From the NCBI GenBank assembly GCA_965242965.1, contig OZ251518.1:1088001-1152000 (forward strand): a stretch of 64,000 nt of DNA, given 5' to 3'. The stretch is from Candidatus Poribacteria bacterium. GTDB taxonomy: Bacteria > Poribacteria > WGA-4E > WGA-3G. Below are positions 27,529 to 37,431 of the stretch, piece by piece. The position numbers and the translations under genes were made by a program. The stretch's first letter is position 1, and each line of letters opens with the position of its first letter. The notes beneath the pieces are model-generated. The model was not told the DNA's origin. It saw only the letters and a program-made list of their open reading frames with translations, and made no database searches.

Positions 27529-28875
27529 ATGAAACTTACCCCCTTTTTCAGCAAAACTTGCCTCCTCCCGTGCCTCTGTATCGCGCTTATCCTGATGATC
27601 TCCAATGCGGCGGCAGAACGTTACACCTATCCCAGTGGCGGACAGATAGTCACGCTGCAAGGATTACCCCTCAATTTAACGCATTTCAACGCCAGAGCCA
27701 ACGGCTACATTCCGGATAAAGGCGGTAACGATTTTATCATTATGGAGCAGTTTAATCGCAACTGCGGTCCGAACAGCGTTCAGATGGTGCTTTATTATTA
27801 TAGAAACCATCGGCGGCTCAAGGACATTTGGGCGGCGGGGGATATCCATACGGTTGCGTTGGGGACACGGGCCGACAAACTGCGGCGCGCCCTAAACGAA
27901 TTGGACGTGCCGACACATTGGTATACCGAAAAGACGCTTGACGATGTGCGCCGCTATATCCGCAATAACCGGCCGCCTATCCTTCTCCTTAGGCGTTCAA
28001 ACACCGGTTACCATTGGGTAGTCGCCGTCGGTTACGATACGCAGTTAGACAAATTTCTCATCGCCGATCCGCAGGGCCGATTTCAGTGGTGGGCATCGGC
28101 AGAGCTCCAAGCCGGCTGGGACTTGCGCTGGCAGACAGCGTTTGAGAACAAAGAAGCGGCATGGTATGAATTCCAAATCGATGTCGGCCCGTTTGCCAAT
28201 CTCACCCTCAAGCGGAATACGGTAGTCGTGCCGTTGGAACCGCCCTCGTTTGAGCGCAGGTATCATCCCTATTGGACAGACATGCAGGCGATAGAGATTT
28301 ATGGCAGCAGTGGCAATAATTTCTGGCGAGAAACGCGCACGTGGGAAGAGACGGTGAACTTTGACAATCCGTTCGTCCTCGCGCAAGTATCCGATATTGA
28401 GCTCGTCAGTTCTACTGCTACTGCGCGGCTAGATGGGTGGGAGCGCGTCGGCGATAGTTCTATCCGCCTCTGGGGAGAGGTTGGGGACGGGTTCGTCCTG
28501 CACGGCAGAATGTGGGTAATCGTTCGCACTTTCTACTTTAACAACGGTGCCGCTGCGCCTCCAGTAACTGCGCCGCTCACGACAGAAACCGCTTTGTTGC
28601 CTAACTATCCCAACCCGTTTAACCCAGAGACGTGGATACCTTATCAACTCGCATCGCCTGCCGATGTCACGGTATCCATCTACGCCGCGGATGGGAAATT
28701 AGTGAGAACTTTGGAACTGGGTTATCAACCGGCGGGTATCTATCAGAGCCGGAGCCGCGCGGCGTATTGGGACGGCTGCAATGCGCAAGGTGAACGCGTG
28801 GCAAGCGGTGTCTATTTCTATACGTTCACGGCTGGTGATTTCTCGGCTACCGGCAAGATGTTGGTAAGAAAATAG
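27529..28875 (+). CDS. Secreted C39-like cysteine peptidase with T9SS type A / FlgD-Ig-like C-terminal domain
   Basis: Signal peptide; Q....CGP, HWVVAVGYD, IADP; LLPNYPNPFNPETWIPYQL...SGVYFY...KMLVRK. Confidence 0.8.
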   Translation: MKLTPFFSKTCLLPCLCIALILMISNAAAERYTYPSGGQIVTLQGLPLNLTHFNARANGYIPDKGGNDFIIMEQFNRNCGPNSVQMVLYYYRNHRRLKDIWAAGDIHTVALGTRADKLRRALNELDVPTHWYTEKTLDDVRRYIRNNRPPILLLRRSNTGYHWVVAVGYDTQLDKFLIADPQGRFQWWASAELQAGWDLRWQTAFENKEAAWYEFQIDVGPFANLTLKRNTVVVPLEPPSFERRYHPYWTDMQAIEIYGSSGNNFWRETRTWEETVNFDNPFVLAQVSDIELVSSTATARLDGWERVGDSSIRLWGEVGDGFVLHGRMWVIVRTFYFNNGAAAPPVTAPLTTETALLPNYPNPFNPETWIPYQLASPADVTVSIYAADGKLVRTLELGYQPAGIYQSRSRAAYWDGCNAQGERVASGVYFYTFTAGDFSATGKMLVRK

Positions 28876-28877
28876 TG

Positions 28878-29100
28878 CGATCGCGGGGGACAGGCCCCCG
28901 CGCTACGGTTTGCAAGGCCGTCTCTTTTTACCGTAGGGCGAGGGCCTGTCCCTCGCCGTGCCTCGGTCGAGAAGGAAACGGCCTTTGTCGGCGTGCGTTT
29001 TTCGCGCGGGTCGAACGCTCGCGGGGGACAGGCCCCCGCGCTACGGTTGGTGAGACGGCCTTGCCTAGACCCGTTCGGGATCAGGCGCTCCCGAACTACA
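28878..29100. repeat. Mosaic REP array
   Basis: Same GTAG hairpin families. Confidence 0.85.
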
Positions 29101-29123
29101 ATTTTTTTATTCGCATTTTTAAT

Positions 29124-29152
29124 TTGACAAAAACGTAAAAAAATGGTATAAT
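29124..29152 (+). promoter_or_regulatory. Consensus sigma70 promoter
   Basis: TTGACA-17-TATAAT with TG extension. Confidence 0.75.
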
Positions 29153-29208
29153 TAAGACAGTGTTTAATTTTCAATCATTTTTTCATCAATTTAAAGGAGA
29201 AAAAACTA

Positions 29209-29367
29209 ATGAGAATCCTATTCTCTCTCATTTTCGCGGGCATTGCTGTCCGCTTGAAACCTACCGTCACCGCGTTATTGCAGCACCCGCTGCAAAGATT
29301 CCGCGCGCATGCGCCCGCCGGTGACGCATCCAACCTGAAGACCCCCCCTCTCATCTACGCGCGTTAA
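29209..29367 (+). CDS. 52-aa ORF with strong RBS; possible out-of-frame N-terminus of the downstream large protein
   Basis: AAGGAG RBS, ATG 29209, C7 tract at 29342-29348 in the overlap with the open downstream frame. Confidence 0.45.
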   Translation: MRILFSLIFAGIAVRLKPTVTALLQHPLQRFRAHAPAGDASNLKTPPLIYAR

Positions 29368-29441
29368 CTCCTGCAACTCTTAGCAGGAAGGCGCAGAAGG
29401 ACGGGGGACAACCGCGGTCCGCCGCGCGCATTCCTTCCGTT

Positions 29442-32400
29442 TTGATAGGCTGCCTACTGCTCACATTCGGGCTGCTGACGGTGCTTGCACCGCCGGGAGA
29501 GAGCCACGACGCATTCACGCGACAGGATATCGATTCTGATGCCGATGATCACCTCAATGACAGGCCAGGGGAAAGGGATATCGGCAAACGGTTGGTAACC
29601 CATGCGTTGCCAGCGACATCGTTTACTTCGGTGGCGGAATCGGCCCACGGCCACAGCCATGGGTTTAATATTGATGCCTTCTTTGGTGGCAATACGACCG
29701 CTATCCATCCGAAGCATTTTGAGATTGAGTGGATACGGGTCTATAAAAATCCGAAAACCACGCCGCTGATAAATACCGATGACGAGGATGGCGAGGACCT
29801 TTGGGTCGAAGGTGACAACTTTGAATCAGGCTTGGCCCTTCCCTTGACCCTCACGAGTCGTGTTATTGTGCCGCCCGGTTTTCCAAACCGGCGCGCGCGG
29901 GTTTTCCCGTCCTTATGGAAGGACTATAAGCAGATCGTGGATAAAAACGTTGCCCTGGATGACGTGGATGACACCTACTTCTGGGTTGATATCGATCCGA
30001 CGAGCGGCGAACTGATAGAAGATAAGAGCAAACCCGGCAACAGTGGGCGTGTCATGCCCGGGCAAAATGATACGGTAGTCCCCGGGGATATCGTCGCCAT
30101 TGCCATCAACGTCAAACTGACTTACTATACAGCGGTAAGGGAATTCGTGGTTCCGAATACGAAGGATCCGGAAGAATTTGCTAACGAAGCCCGTAGCGTC
30201 GATTGGAGGCAAAATGATTTGCCATTATGGTTCAAGGAAGGTCAAAAGGGGCCCGATCGAGGCGATGTCTGGGCGCGCAATTACGGCCTTACCGGTGTCG
30301 GACCCACTGCCGATAAGCCTCTAGGTCGAATCGATGAAATCGCCGGCGGGTCGATAGTTGCAGCCGTGGGCATTGAGCATGTCGGGATCCTGAATCCCAA
30401 TTACCCACTGGAACGCCACATAGGGAGTGGGCTGGTAAACTGGACCGTGACAGACTTCGCGGCCAGCCATAGGGACTGGGGGCATACGGGAGAGGATGGT
30501 TACCATACCATCGTCTACCAATTTACGGTGACAGAGGACCATCTTGAATTGAATGACTTGTTGCACGGGTGGTTGGCCGGGGATGGCACTACCGTGAGCC
30601 CGTTCAATGTCCCACACCGTAACAAAGGGCAGCCGCATTACCACGGTGCTGATTTCGATACCGTGAATTACCCCCACGGTCTCACCTACCAAGAAATCAC
30701 AACCCTGCGTGCGAGCACACTCGCCGATCACGATCCGGAGTTTGGATTCGCCGTGTCATTTAATTCTAATAACTATACCGCCGGTCAGCGATTGCGTATC
30801 TTTCACGACGTGTCTGCGTTTATAACGGGCGGACCCTACGCCGCCTTTCCAGAAGGCAGCAGCACAGCTGTCGACGACGATCCGGTAGTAACCCAGGCTG
30901 ACGTCAACTTATCTGGTACTGATCAGATTAAGTACACGTACGCGCAGGGTGATGGGGTAACTCTCAAGAGGACGCAATATCGGAGCCACAGGAGGACTTT
31001 TAAGGCTGATGAGGCGAATCGTTTCATCAGCCAAGGTCGCACCACCATCAACTACGCAGGTCGATACACACGCGGCGAGGTGCCTTTCCACGGTATCAGA
31101 AATATAGACCTTGACAGAAACAGCGATGGTCTTATTGACTACTTGCCAATAGTTGATATCGAGGCGGACAGCACCAATGCAAATGGTCGCGTCCGGCACT
31201 ATGCTGTCTCGGATGGTTTTTATGAGCACCATGCGGCGACGAGGTTTCCTCACTACTTTCCGCCCACGTATGATGGCACTATCGACTATCCGGCGGTAGT
31301 GATGCCTGTCGCCGCGATGACAGAGATAGTCGTGCCATCGGGGACACAAACCGGCCCGTTTACGTTGACATTGCAGTTCCAGGAGGACTACAGTGCAGTC
31401 GGGCATGGGAAAAGCCCTGCGTTTCATGATTTGACGAACGAAGAGCTGCTCACGACGCTTCAAACTGCGCTGTCTGCAGATGTTGGGGATAGCACGGTGA
31501 CGGTGAGCCGTCCTGACGCGGTGGATGCGTGGTTGCGGTATCCGGTGAGGGTGGTGCCCCCGCTCGGCTTTAAAGGCGCGCTGACGTTCCAAGTGCCGGA
31601 AAATACGGTGTTTGCCCACCTTGACCCGCTCGGCAATTTGGCTTCAAACAGTGTCACGGTGCAGGTAGACACGGTGCCGCCGGTAGACACGCTGCAGGTA
31701 GTTGTAGATGAGATTAAGGTCGTTGAGCCGGAAGGCGGTGCGTATCTTGCAGGGAACGAGATCTCCGTTGAAGTGTCGTTTGCGCAGGATGGGTTGACGT
31801 TTGAAGGCGAAAATCCGCCGTATGTGACAATCTACCTCGGCGACAAAGACGTGCCGGCAAATGCGCGGCATGCGACGTGGCAGAAAGGCGCGGAGCGTTC
31901 AGGTTCGACGATTGTGCCGTTTGCGTATGTTTTGCAAGCGACCGATCCGCCGGCTGCGTCGGTGAGCGTAGATTTAAACACTCTGTCGATTCCGCGTGAG
32001 ACGACGTTGATGTCTGGGGCAGGTCTTGAGCGTGCTGGGACGGCAGATCCGGCGGTGGATGTGGGTGAGGTTGCGCCGGTACCGGACACGTCCACGGATC
32101 TGGTGGTTTCTGTCAGCGATCCGTCCGGTGAGCGGCCGGTGGCGACAACTGTCGATGTGCAGGTGATACCGGTGATTTACATTCCGCAGGATGATGCTGT
32201 CTCAAAAGCGGTTGCATCAACTGTGCCGCGTTCTCCGGTCGTTTTCAACGAACTGGGGAATGGCAGTGATGCAACAAATGACTGGCTGGAATTCCGCAAT
32301 GTCAGCGGTTCAGATGTCTCTCTCAAAGACTGGGAGCTCTCCGTTGTCGCCGATGGAAAAAAGGAAGATACCTCCCTCATCGTCTTCCCGGATGTGAGTG

Positions 32401-33890
32401 TGCCGGCAAACGGTTTGTTATTGATAACAAACATGCCTTCGGACAAAACGCCACTCGCAGGCGGTGCCAATAAAGGGTTATCGCATGCATCTTTAGTGGA
32501 TGCGGGCCTCTCGCTGCCCGATGATGGCAAATTCCTGTTGATTCTCCGGAATGCCAAGGAGAAACTCGGCTTGGATGAAGCGTTCATTGATGTCGCCGGT
32601 GGCGGCGGCAGTGATACGGATGCGTTCATTCGTGACGAGACAGGCGATTATGATACGCATGTCTGGCCCTTGCAGGTCTTGGAATCCCCCGGTGATGCCA
32701 CTGAAGATGCGCTCAGTTCAGGCAAAGTCTGGCAGCGCGCGAAAGCGGATATCATTGGGTATCATCAAGCTGCCTGGGCGGAAGCCGCCTTCACCGGTAT
32801 CGGTTACGATAGAAAAGTGACGCAGTCGGCTGCCACTGCGGGCACACCGGGCTATCCGAATGGCGCGGTGAAAACGGAGGCATCTACGCCAAAAGGTGCG
32901 GTGACTATCAGCGAAATCATGTTTGATTCCGAAGGTGGCACATTGCCGCAATGGATCGAGTTGTATAACAAATCCAAAACCGAGGCACTGAACCTGAATC
33001 GCTGGCAGTTAGAGATTCAGAATCGGAATTCCCACGACTTGGTTGGCAGACCCATCGTCACCTTGACGCTGCAAGAGAAAGTGATTCAACCGAATCAAAC
33101 CCTCTTGATAGTGGCCGGCGATGCCCGTGCTTCCTCGACAGAAGTCTTCCCGGCAGATCGCGTCTACAACCTCCTGAAACTGCACGAGAAGAATCTCCGC
33201 ATCAAAACGCCGCGAGATACCTTCTTGAGTGGCGAGGGATTCTATCTGAAGTTATCCGATCGAAACGGGACGAAGATAGACGAAGTCGGGAACATCGATG
33301 ACAATCGTCGCACCGACGATGCGCCGGTGTGGGTGTGGCCCACGAATCGTCGGGATGGCGCGCGCAGTTCTGTCGTCCGTCGTTATGATAAAGGCGCGGT
33401 GGCACGCGATGGGATGCTGAAGTCCAATTGGGCATTAGCGGCGCATTTCAATAAATTTAAAGTGGAATCGCTGCACTACGGTCATGCCGATGACATTGGC
33501 ACGCCGGGGTATCGTCAAGGCGGTGCATTGCCCGTGGAATTATCGAGTTTCACCCTCACGCGTACTGATGCCGGTCCGGTTGTCGTGACTTGGACAACCG
33601 AGTCTGAAGTCGACAACGCCGGATTTAATCTACGTCGGAGTCTGAAACGCGAGAGTGGTTTCACGTTGTTGAATCCTGTGCTCATCGCCGGTGCCGGCAC
33701 GACAGGCGAGCGTCAAACTTACACGTTCACCGATACCTCTGCGAAGCCTGGGGTCGAGTATTATTACCAGATCGAAGAGGTTTCGTTAGGTGGGCGGCCG
33801 GAGGTATTGCGGACGCGTTACTTACCGGGTCCCGTTTCGCCGACGAATCGTTCGTTGACAACGTTTGGTGAAGTCAAGCAGCGGGAGTAA
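29442..33890 (+). CDS. Large surface protein with Ig-like and two lamin-tail domains, FN3-like end and variant C-terminal motif
   Basis: VVFNELG..DWLEFRN, VTISEIMF..QWIELYN, GTPGY, LPVELSSF..WTTESEVDNAGFN, tail PVSPTNRSLTTFGEVKQRE. Confidence 0.8.
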   Translation: MIGCLLLTFGLLTVLAPPGESHDAFTRQDIDSDADDHLNDRPGERDIGKRLVTHALPATSFTSVAESAHGHSHGFNIDAFFGGNTTAIHPKHFEIEWIRVYKNPKTTPLINTDDEDGEDLWVEGDNFESGLALPLTLTSRVIVPPGFPNRRARVFPSLWKDYKQIVDKNVALDDVDDTYFWVDIDPTSGELIEDKSKPGNSGRVMPGQNDTVVPGDIVAIAINVKLTYYTAVREFVVPNTKDPEEFANEARSVDWRQNDLPLWFKEGQKGPDRGDVWARNYGLTGVGPTADKPLGRIDEIAGGSIVAAVGIEHVGILNPNYPLERHIGSGLVNWTVTDFAASHRDWGHTGEDGYHTIVYQFTVTEDHLELNDLLHGWLAGDGTTVSPFNVPHRNKGQPHYHGADFDTVNYPHGLTYQEITTLRASTLADHDPEFGFAVSFNSNNYTAGQRLRIFHDVSAFITGGPYAAFPEGSSTAVDDDPVVTQADVNLSGTDQIKYTYAQGDGVTLKRTQYRSHRRTFKADEANRFISQGRTTINYAGRYTRGEVPFHGIRNIDLDRNSDGLIDYLPIVDIEADSTNANGRVRHYAVSDGFYEHHAATRFPHYFPPTYDGTIDYPAVVMPVAAMTEIVVPSGTQTGPFTLTLQFQEDYSAVGHGKSPAFHDLTNEELLTTLQTALSADVGDSTVTVSRPDAVDAWLRYPVRVVPPLGFKGALTFQVPENTVFAHLDPLGNLASNSVTVQVDTVPPVDTLQVVVDEIKVVEPEGGAYLAGNEISVEVSFAQDGLTFEGENPPYVTIYLGDKDVPANARHATWQKGAERSGSTIVPFAYVLQATDPPAASVSVDLNTLSIPRETTLMSGAGLERAGTADPAVDVGEVAPVPDTSTDLVVSVSDPSGERPVATTVDVQVIPVIYIPQDDAVSKAVASTVPRSPVVFNELGNGSDATNDWLEFRNVSGSDVSLKDWELSVVADGKKEDTSLIVFPDVSVPANGLLLITNMPSDKTPLAGGANKGLSHASLVDAGLSLPDDGKFLLILRNAKEKLGLDEAFIDVAGGGGSDTDAFIRDETGDYDTHVWPLQVLESPGDATEDALSSGKVWQRAKADIIGYHQAAWAEAAFTGIGYDRKVTQSAATAGTPGYPNGAVKTEASTPKGAVTISEIMFDSEGGTLPQWIELYNKSKTEALNLNRWQLEIQNRNSHDLVGRPIVTLTLQEKVIQPNQTLLIVAGDARASSTEVFPADRVYNLLKLHEKNLRIKTPRDTFLSGEGFYLKLSDRNGTKIDEVGNIDDNRRTDDAPVWVWPTNRRDGARSSVVRRYDKGAVARDGMLKSNWALAAHFNKFKVESLHYGHADDIGTPGYRQGGALPVELSSFTLTRTDAGPVVVTWTTESEVDNAGFNLRRSLKRESGFTLLNPVLIAGAGTTGERQTYTFTDTSAKPGVEYYYQIEEVSLGGRPEVLRTRYLPGPVSPTNRSLTTFGEVKQRE

Positions 33891-33963
33891 TGTCTCGCTG
33901 TTGTTCCATATCTCGCGCGGGCGGTGGCCTATTAGGTTGTCGCCCGCGCGTTTTTTTCATGCA

Positions 33964-34524
33964 CCGTAGCGCGGGGGCCTGTCCCCCGCGATCTCTCGAC
34001 CTGCCGACATCTGTAGTTCGGGAGCGCCCGCTCCCGAACGGATCCAGAGCAGGTGCTCTTGCTCTACAGAGATAAACCGCTGCAGAGCTTCTGAAAAATT
34101 TTTCACGGGTATGATCGCGGGGGACAGGCCCCCGCGCTACGGGAAAAAAAAGCGTGCTGTTTACCGTAGGGCGAGGGCCCTCGCATGCCACACGCGCATC
34201 CGAGAGGGTTCCCCGCGCCATGCCAATCGTCTGAAGCAGGATTTACAAGATTTTCAAGATTTCACAGGATTAGATCTCTGGTGCATCGGCGCGGTTGTGG
34301 CCTGCCACGGGGTATTCGATGCATCAGCGTCTATAATCGTGATAATCGTGATAATCGTGTAAATCCTGCTCATATCTTGCTAATCTTGTAAATCGTGTAA
34401 ATCCTGCTCCTGCTTGGCATGGCGAGGGCCTGTCCCTCGCCCTACGGTGAAAGGGAGGCGTTTTTTTAACCGTATCGCGTGGGGGCATGTCATCGCGCTG
34501 TTGAACGATTTATGAAACACCCTC
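33964..34524. repeat. Mosaic REP array containing foldback element copy 3 (~34236-34409) and a right TIR
   Basis: GTAG hairpins; AGCAGGATTTAC arms around TGGTGCATCGGCGCGGTTGTGGCCTGCC core; TTATGAAACACCCTC. Confidence 0.85.
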
Positions 34525-34560
34525 GTTTAACGCAAACCAAAGAAAATTTCCAGTTACGTT

Positions 34561-34589
34561 TTGACATTTTTTCGTGGTAATGGTATACT
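34561..34589 (+). promoter_or_regulatory. sigma70 promoter
   Basis: TTGACA-17-TATACT with TG extension. Confidence 0.75.
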
Positions 34590-34622
34590 ATTTGCAATAT
34601 GAACGCTATAGGAGGAAACGTG

Positions 34623-35276
34623 ATGAAAAACATGGCGATAATTTTAAGCCTCATGTTCCTGGGCTTGCCCGCGTGGAGCGGAACGCAACTCTGGGATTTT
34701 GAGGAGAAGCACGATGACTGGGAAGTCGCCAACGGTGACTGGGCGATAAAGGGCGGTGTCTACCAAGTAGAGAAAGGTGGAAAAGCCGAACATTCCCTCG
34801 TCGGTGAAGAGAAGTGGGATGACTACACCGTCGAGGCGAAGATCCGCCTAGACGAAGGCAACTGGGCAGGCGTAGTTTTCCGGGCGCAAAGCGAGATGGA
34901 ATACTACATCTACTACCTCAACGTCCAGAACAACAAGTCCGAACTGTGGAAGCACAGCAAGGGCGCATGGGACACGCGCGTCGCTATCACCAGCAACATT
35001 CCCGCCGCCGGAAAACTCAAAATAGAGAACGGCGAGTGGTTTGATGTGAAGGTGAATGTCGAAGGGAACACCTTCCAGTTGCACATCAACGGTGAACTGC
35101 AGGATGAAAAAGAGGACGGCACCTACAAAACCGGCATGATAGGGGTGTGGGCCTGGGAGACCGGGGCGAGTTTTGACGATGTCACGATTACGGGAGATAA
35201 CGTCAAAGATACGCTTGCCGTCGATGCACGTGAAAAGTTGGCAACGACATGGGGCCGGCTGAAACGGGTTGACTAG
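34623..35276 (+). CDS. Secreted DUF1080 / concanavalin-like protein with KLATTWGRLK tail
   Basis: AGGAGG RBS, signal peptide, WAGVVFRAQ, GMIGVWAW..ASFDDVTI, tail AVDAREKLATTWGRLKRVD. Confidence 0.8.
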   Translation: MKNMAIILSLMFLGLPAWSGTQLWDFEEKHDDWEVANGDWAIKGGVYQVEKGGKAEHSLVGEEKWDDYTVEAKIRLDEGNWAGVVFRAQSEMEYYIYYLNVQNNKSELWKHSKGAWDTRVAITSNIPAAGKLKIENGEWFDVKVNVEGNTFQLHINGELQDEKEDGTYKTGMIGVWAWETGASFDDVTITGDNVKDTLAVDAREKLATTWGRLKRVD

Positions 35277-35292
35277 AACGGGTAACGAACCC

Positions 35293-35321
35293 TGTAGGCG
35301 CGGTTTTCAACCGCGCCTACC
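35293..35321. repeat. Single palindromic REP (GTAGGCGCGGTT..AACCGCGCCTAC family)
   Basis: Relatives at ~48077-48101, ~54411-54439 and ~63218-63241. Confidence 0.7.
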
Positions 35322-35381
35322 GGTGGAAAATTGTGGCATTTGCGTCAGGCATGCGGGATTTGATACCGGGAGGAACACCAC

Positions 35382-36200
35382 GTGACACACTTAACCGAAA
35401 CGCAACAACAGCAATGGCAGGAGCAAGGCTTTCTGCTCCTGAAACAGGTGCTGAAACCGGATGAGATTGAGACGCTTTTAACGGCTGTGGATAAGGTTAT
35501 CGAAACTTATCTTCAGAAAACGCCGAAGATGAAAGGCGGAACAGGCGCGTATACCATCATTCGCGCAATTGAGCAGACAGCCGCGCTGGATATGCTCACC
35601 GATCATCCGCGCACTTTCGGCACTATCCTCGCGCTCATGGGGCCCTACCTCCAAATCATGGGGACGCAGATTTATGTCCGGCACCCTGAACAAGAAGCAC
35701 TGATGGCGTTTCATACGGATGCCGGCCCCTCACTGCAACGCATCCATCCGCATCCCGAAAGCCTCCCGCTGCAATTCAAAGTCCAATTTTTCTTGACAGA
35801 TCTTTCTGCGCCGAACCAGGGCAATTTTATGTGCGTGCCGGGAAGCCACAAACACCCGTTCCCCGAGAACGCGTTCGCGAAAGGCACCTATCCCGATGGT
35901 GCGATGCAAGTCCTCGCAGCGGCAGGAGATGCAGTCATTTTCCCGTGGGCGTTATGGCACGGTGTCGGCCCGAATCGGACAGAACGGATTCGGAAAAGCG
36001 TCACGTTCCGGTACGGACAAATGTGGTGCCGCCCTTACGATTATGACACGCTACCGCCCGATGTGCTCGCGCGTATGACACCGCGCCGACGACGGTTGTT
36101 TGGCGAACTGGGTGAAAACCCTCATCCAACCGACTACTATAAACCGCAAGATCAGCTGGAGGTGATTTACGGCGATGAGTGGGCCAGTCGTAATTTTTGA
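35382..36200 (+). CDS. Phytanoyl-CoA dioxygenase (PhyH) family Fe(II)/2OG dioxygenase
   Basis: FHTD HxD motif, VPGSH, LWHG, RKS. Confidence 0.9.
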   Translation: MTHLTETQQQQWQEQGFLLLKQVLKPDEIETLLTAVDKVIETYLQKTPKMKGGTGAYTIIRAIEQTAALDMLTDHPRTFGTILALMGPYLQIMGTQIYVRHPEQEALMAFHTDAGPSLQRIHPHPESLPLQFKVQFFLTDLSAPNQGNFMCVPGSHKHPFPENAFAKGTYPDGAMQVLAAAGDAVIFPWALWHGVGPNRTERIRKSVTFRYGQMWCRPYDYDTLPPDVLARMTPRRRRLFGELGENPHPTDYYKPQDQLEVIYGDEWASRNF

Positions 36201-37099
36201 AACAGGTCGCGGAAGATGGCATCGCGGTTGACACCCGTCGCAACGCGCATGAAGTGCCGGCTGTTATCAAAACTCCACGTCATTCCATCTGTCAAGATGG
36301 GGCTGTGGACGACCTCGGTCGGCACCCAACTGTTGTCGATGAGATACGCTGTCGCCGAGATATCCCAAATGACTTTTGACCAGGCGTAGTGCTCGCTATG
36401 GTAATCTTTGAAAATTTTGACGAGATAATCGCCGACTTTGCCTTGGCCCTGGACATAGCGTTCCATTTCCGCCACAGTCGTCAGCAGGTGCGAGACAACG
36501 CCGCGGGCAGGGAGATGCACAAACGGGACACCGCAATCCAAAACTATCTGCGCGCTCAGCACATCTTGTTGCAGATTGAACTCTCGCGTGTGAGGCCAAT
36601 ACAACGGATTGCCGCCAAGCCAGACGACGACTATCCGCTCAATGATTCTCGGTTCCATTAAAATGGCGGCGGCGACATTCGTGATAGCACCGATGGCAAC
36701 GACGTAGAGCGGTTCGTCTGTATCGGTGGTTTCCATGGCGCGCGCCACCATGTCGGTTGCCGCCTCGCTCACCCCCGGTGTCTCGGCATCCGAAAGGAAT
36801 GTGGTTGAACCGCGGTAGACTAACCCGGCGGTGGGGGTATCTAAAAAGTCCAAAAGCCGCAGAATTTCATCGTAACTCTTCTCCATCCCCTCTTCGGGGC
36901 CGGAGGAACGGTTGTTATGAAAAGGCGCGGCGTATATCGCCTCAACGTTGAGTTGTTCCGGCGATAACAGCGCATGGACGACTGCAAACTGGTCATCGAT
37001 TTCGTTATAGGTATCGGTGTCAAGCACCATGCGGACGCGCCCGGTAGGGGGTTGTAGCATCGATAGGCGTTTTGTATCAGATAGCGTCGGGAATTTCAT
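36167..37099 (-). CDS. Inosine/uridine-preferring nucleoside hydrolase family protein
   Basis: LDTDTYNEIDDQFA, IGAITNVA, VWLGG, EFN. Confidence 0.88.
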   Translation of the reverse strand: MKFPTLSDTKRLSMLQPPTGRVRMVLDTDTYNEIDDQFAVVHALLSPEQLNVEAIYAAPFHNNRSSGPEEGMEKSYDEILRLLDFLDTPTAGLVYRGSTTFLSDAETPGVSEAATDMVARAMETTDTDEPLYVVAIGAITNVAAAILMEPRIIERIVVVWLGGNPLYWPHTREFNLQQDVLSAQIVLDCGVPFVHLPARGVVSHLLTTVAEMERYVQGQGKVGDYLVKIFKDYHSEHYAWSKVIWDISATAYLIDNSWVPTEVVHSPILTDGMTWSFDNSRHFMRVATGVNRDAIFRDLFQKLRLAHSSP

Positions 37100-37157
37100 A
37101 TTTGAACCTTCCAATTTTTCATTATTGCAGGAATTGTATCACATTTATCAGATTTTG

Positions 37158-37186
37158 TTGACATAAATCGATTTTTGTAGTATAAT
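37158..37186 (+). promoter_or_regulatory. Consensus sigma70 promoter
   Basis: TTGACA-17-TATAAT. Confidence 0.75.
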
Positions 37187-37191
37187 TAAAA

Positions 37192-37400
37192 GAGGGTGTT
37201 TCATATTTCGATGTGTTCGGTAGGAGAGACCTCGGGGCTTGATTTCCGGTAGGAGAGACCTCCTGGTCTCGATGTGCCCGTAGCGCGGGGGCCTGTCCCC
37301 CGCGATCGTTGGGTAGACCGCAGCATGGCGAGGGACAGGCCCTCGCCCTACGGTGAGGGGAGGCGTTTTTTACCGTAGCGCGGGGGGCTGTCCCCCGCGA
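37192..37400. repeat. Mosaic REP array starting with TIR
   Basis: GAGGGTGTTTCATAT then GTAGGAGAGACC, GTAGCGCGGGGG and GGCGAGGG modules. Confidence 0.85.
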
Positions 37401-37431
37401 GCTCCATCGTCAAGATACGTTACGAATAAAA

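Noticed and set aside
24443-33890. tRNA-anchored genomic island
   Set aside because: No integrase and no duplicated tRNA 3' end noticed; the region carries the same native repeats.
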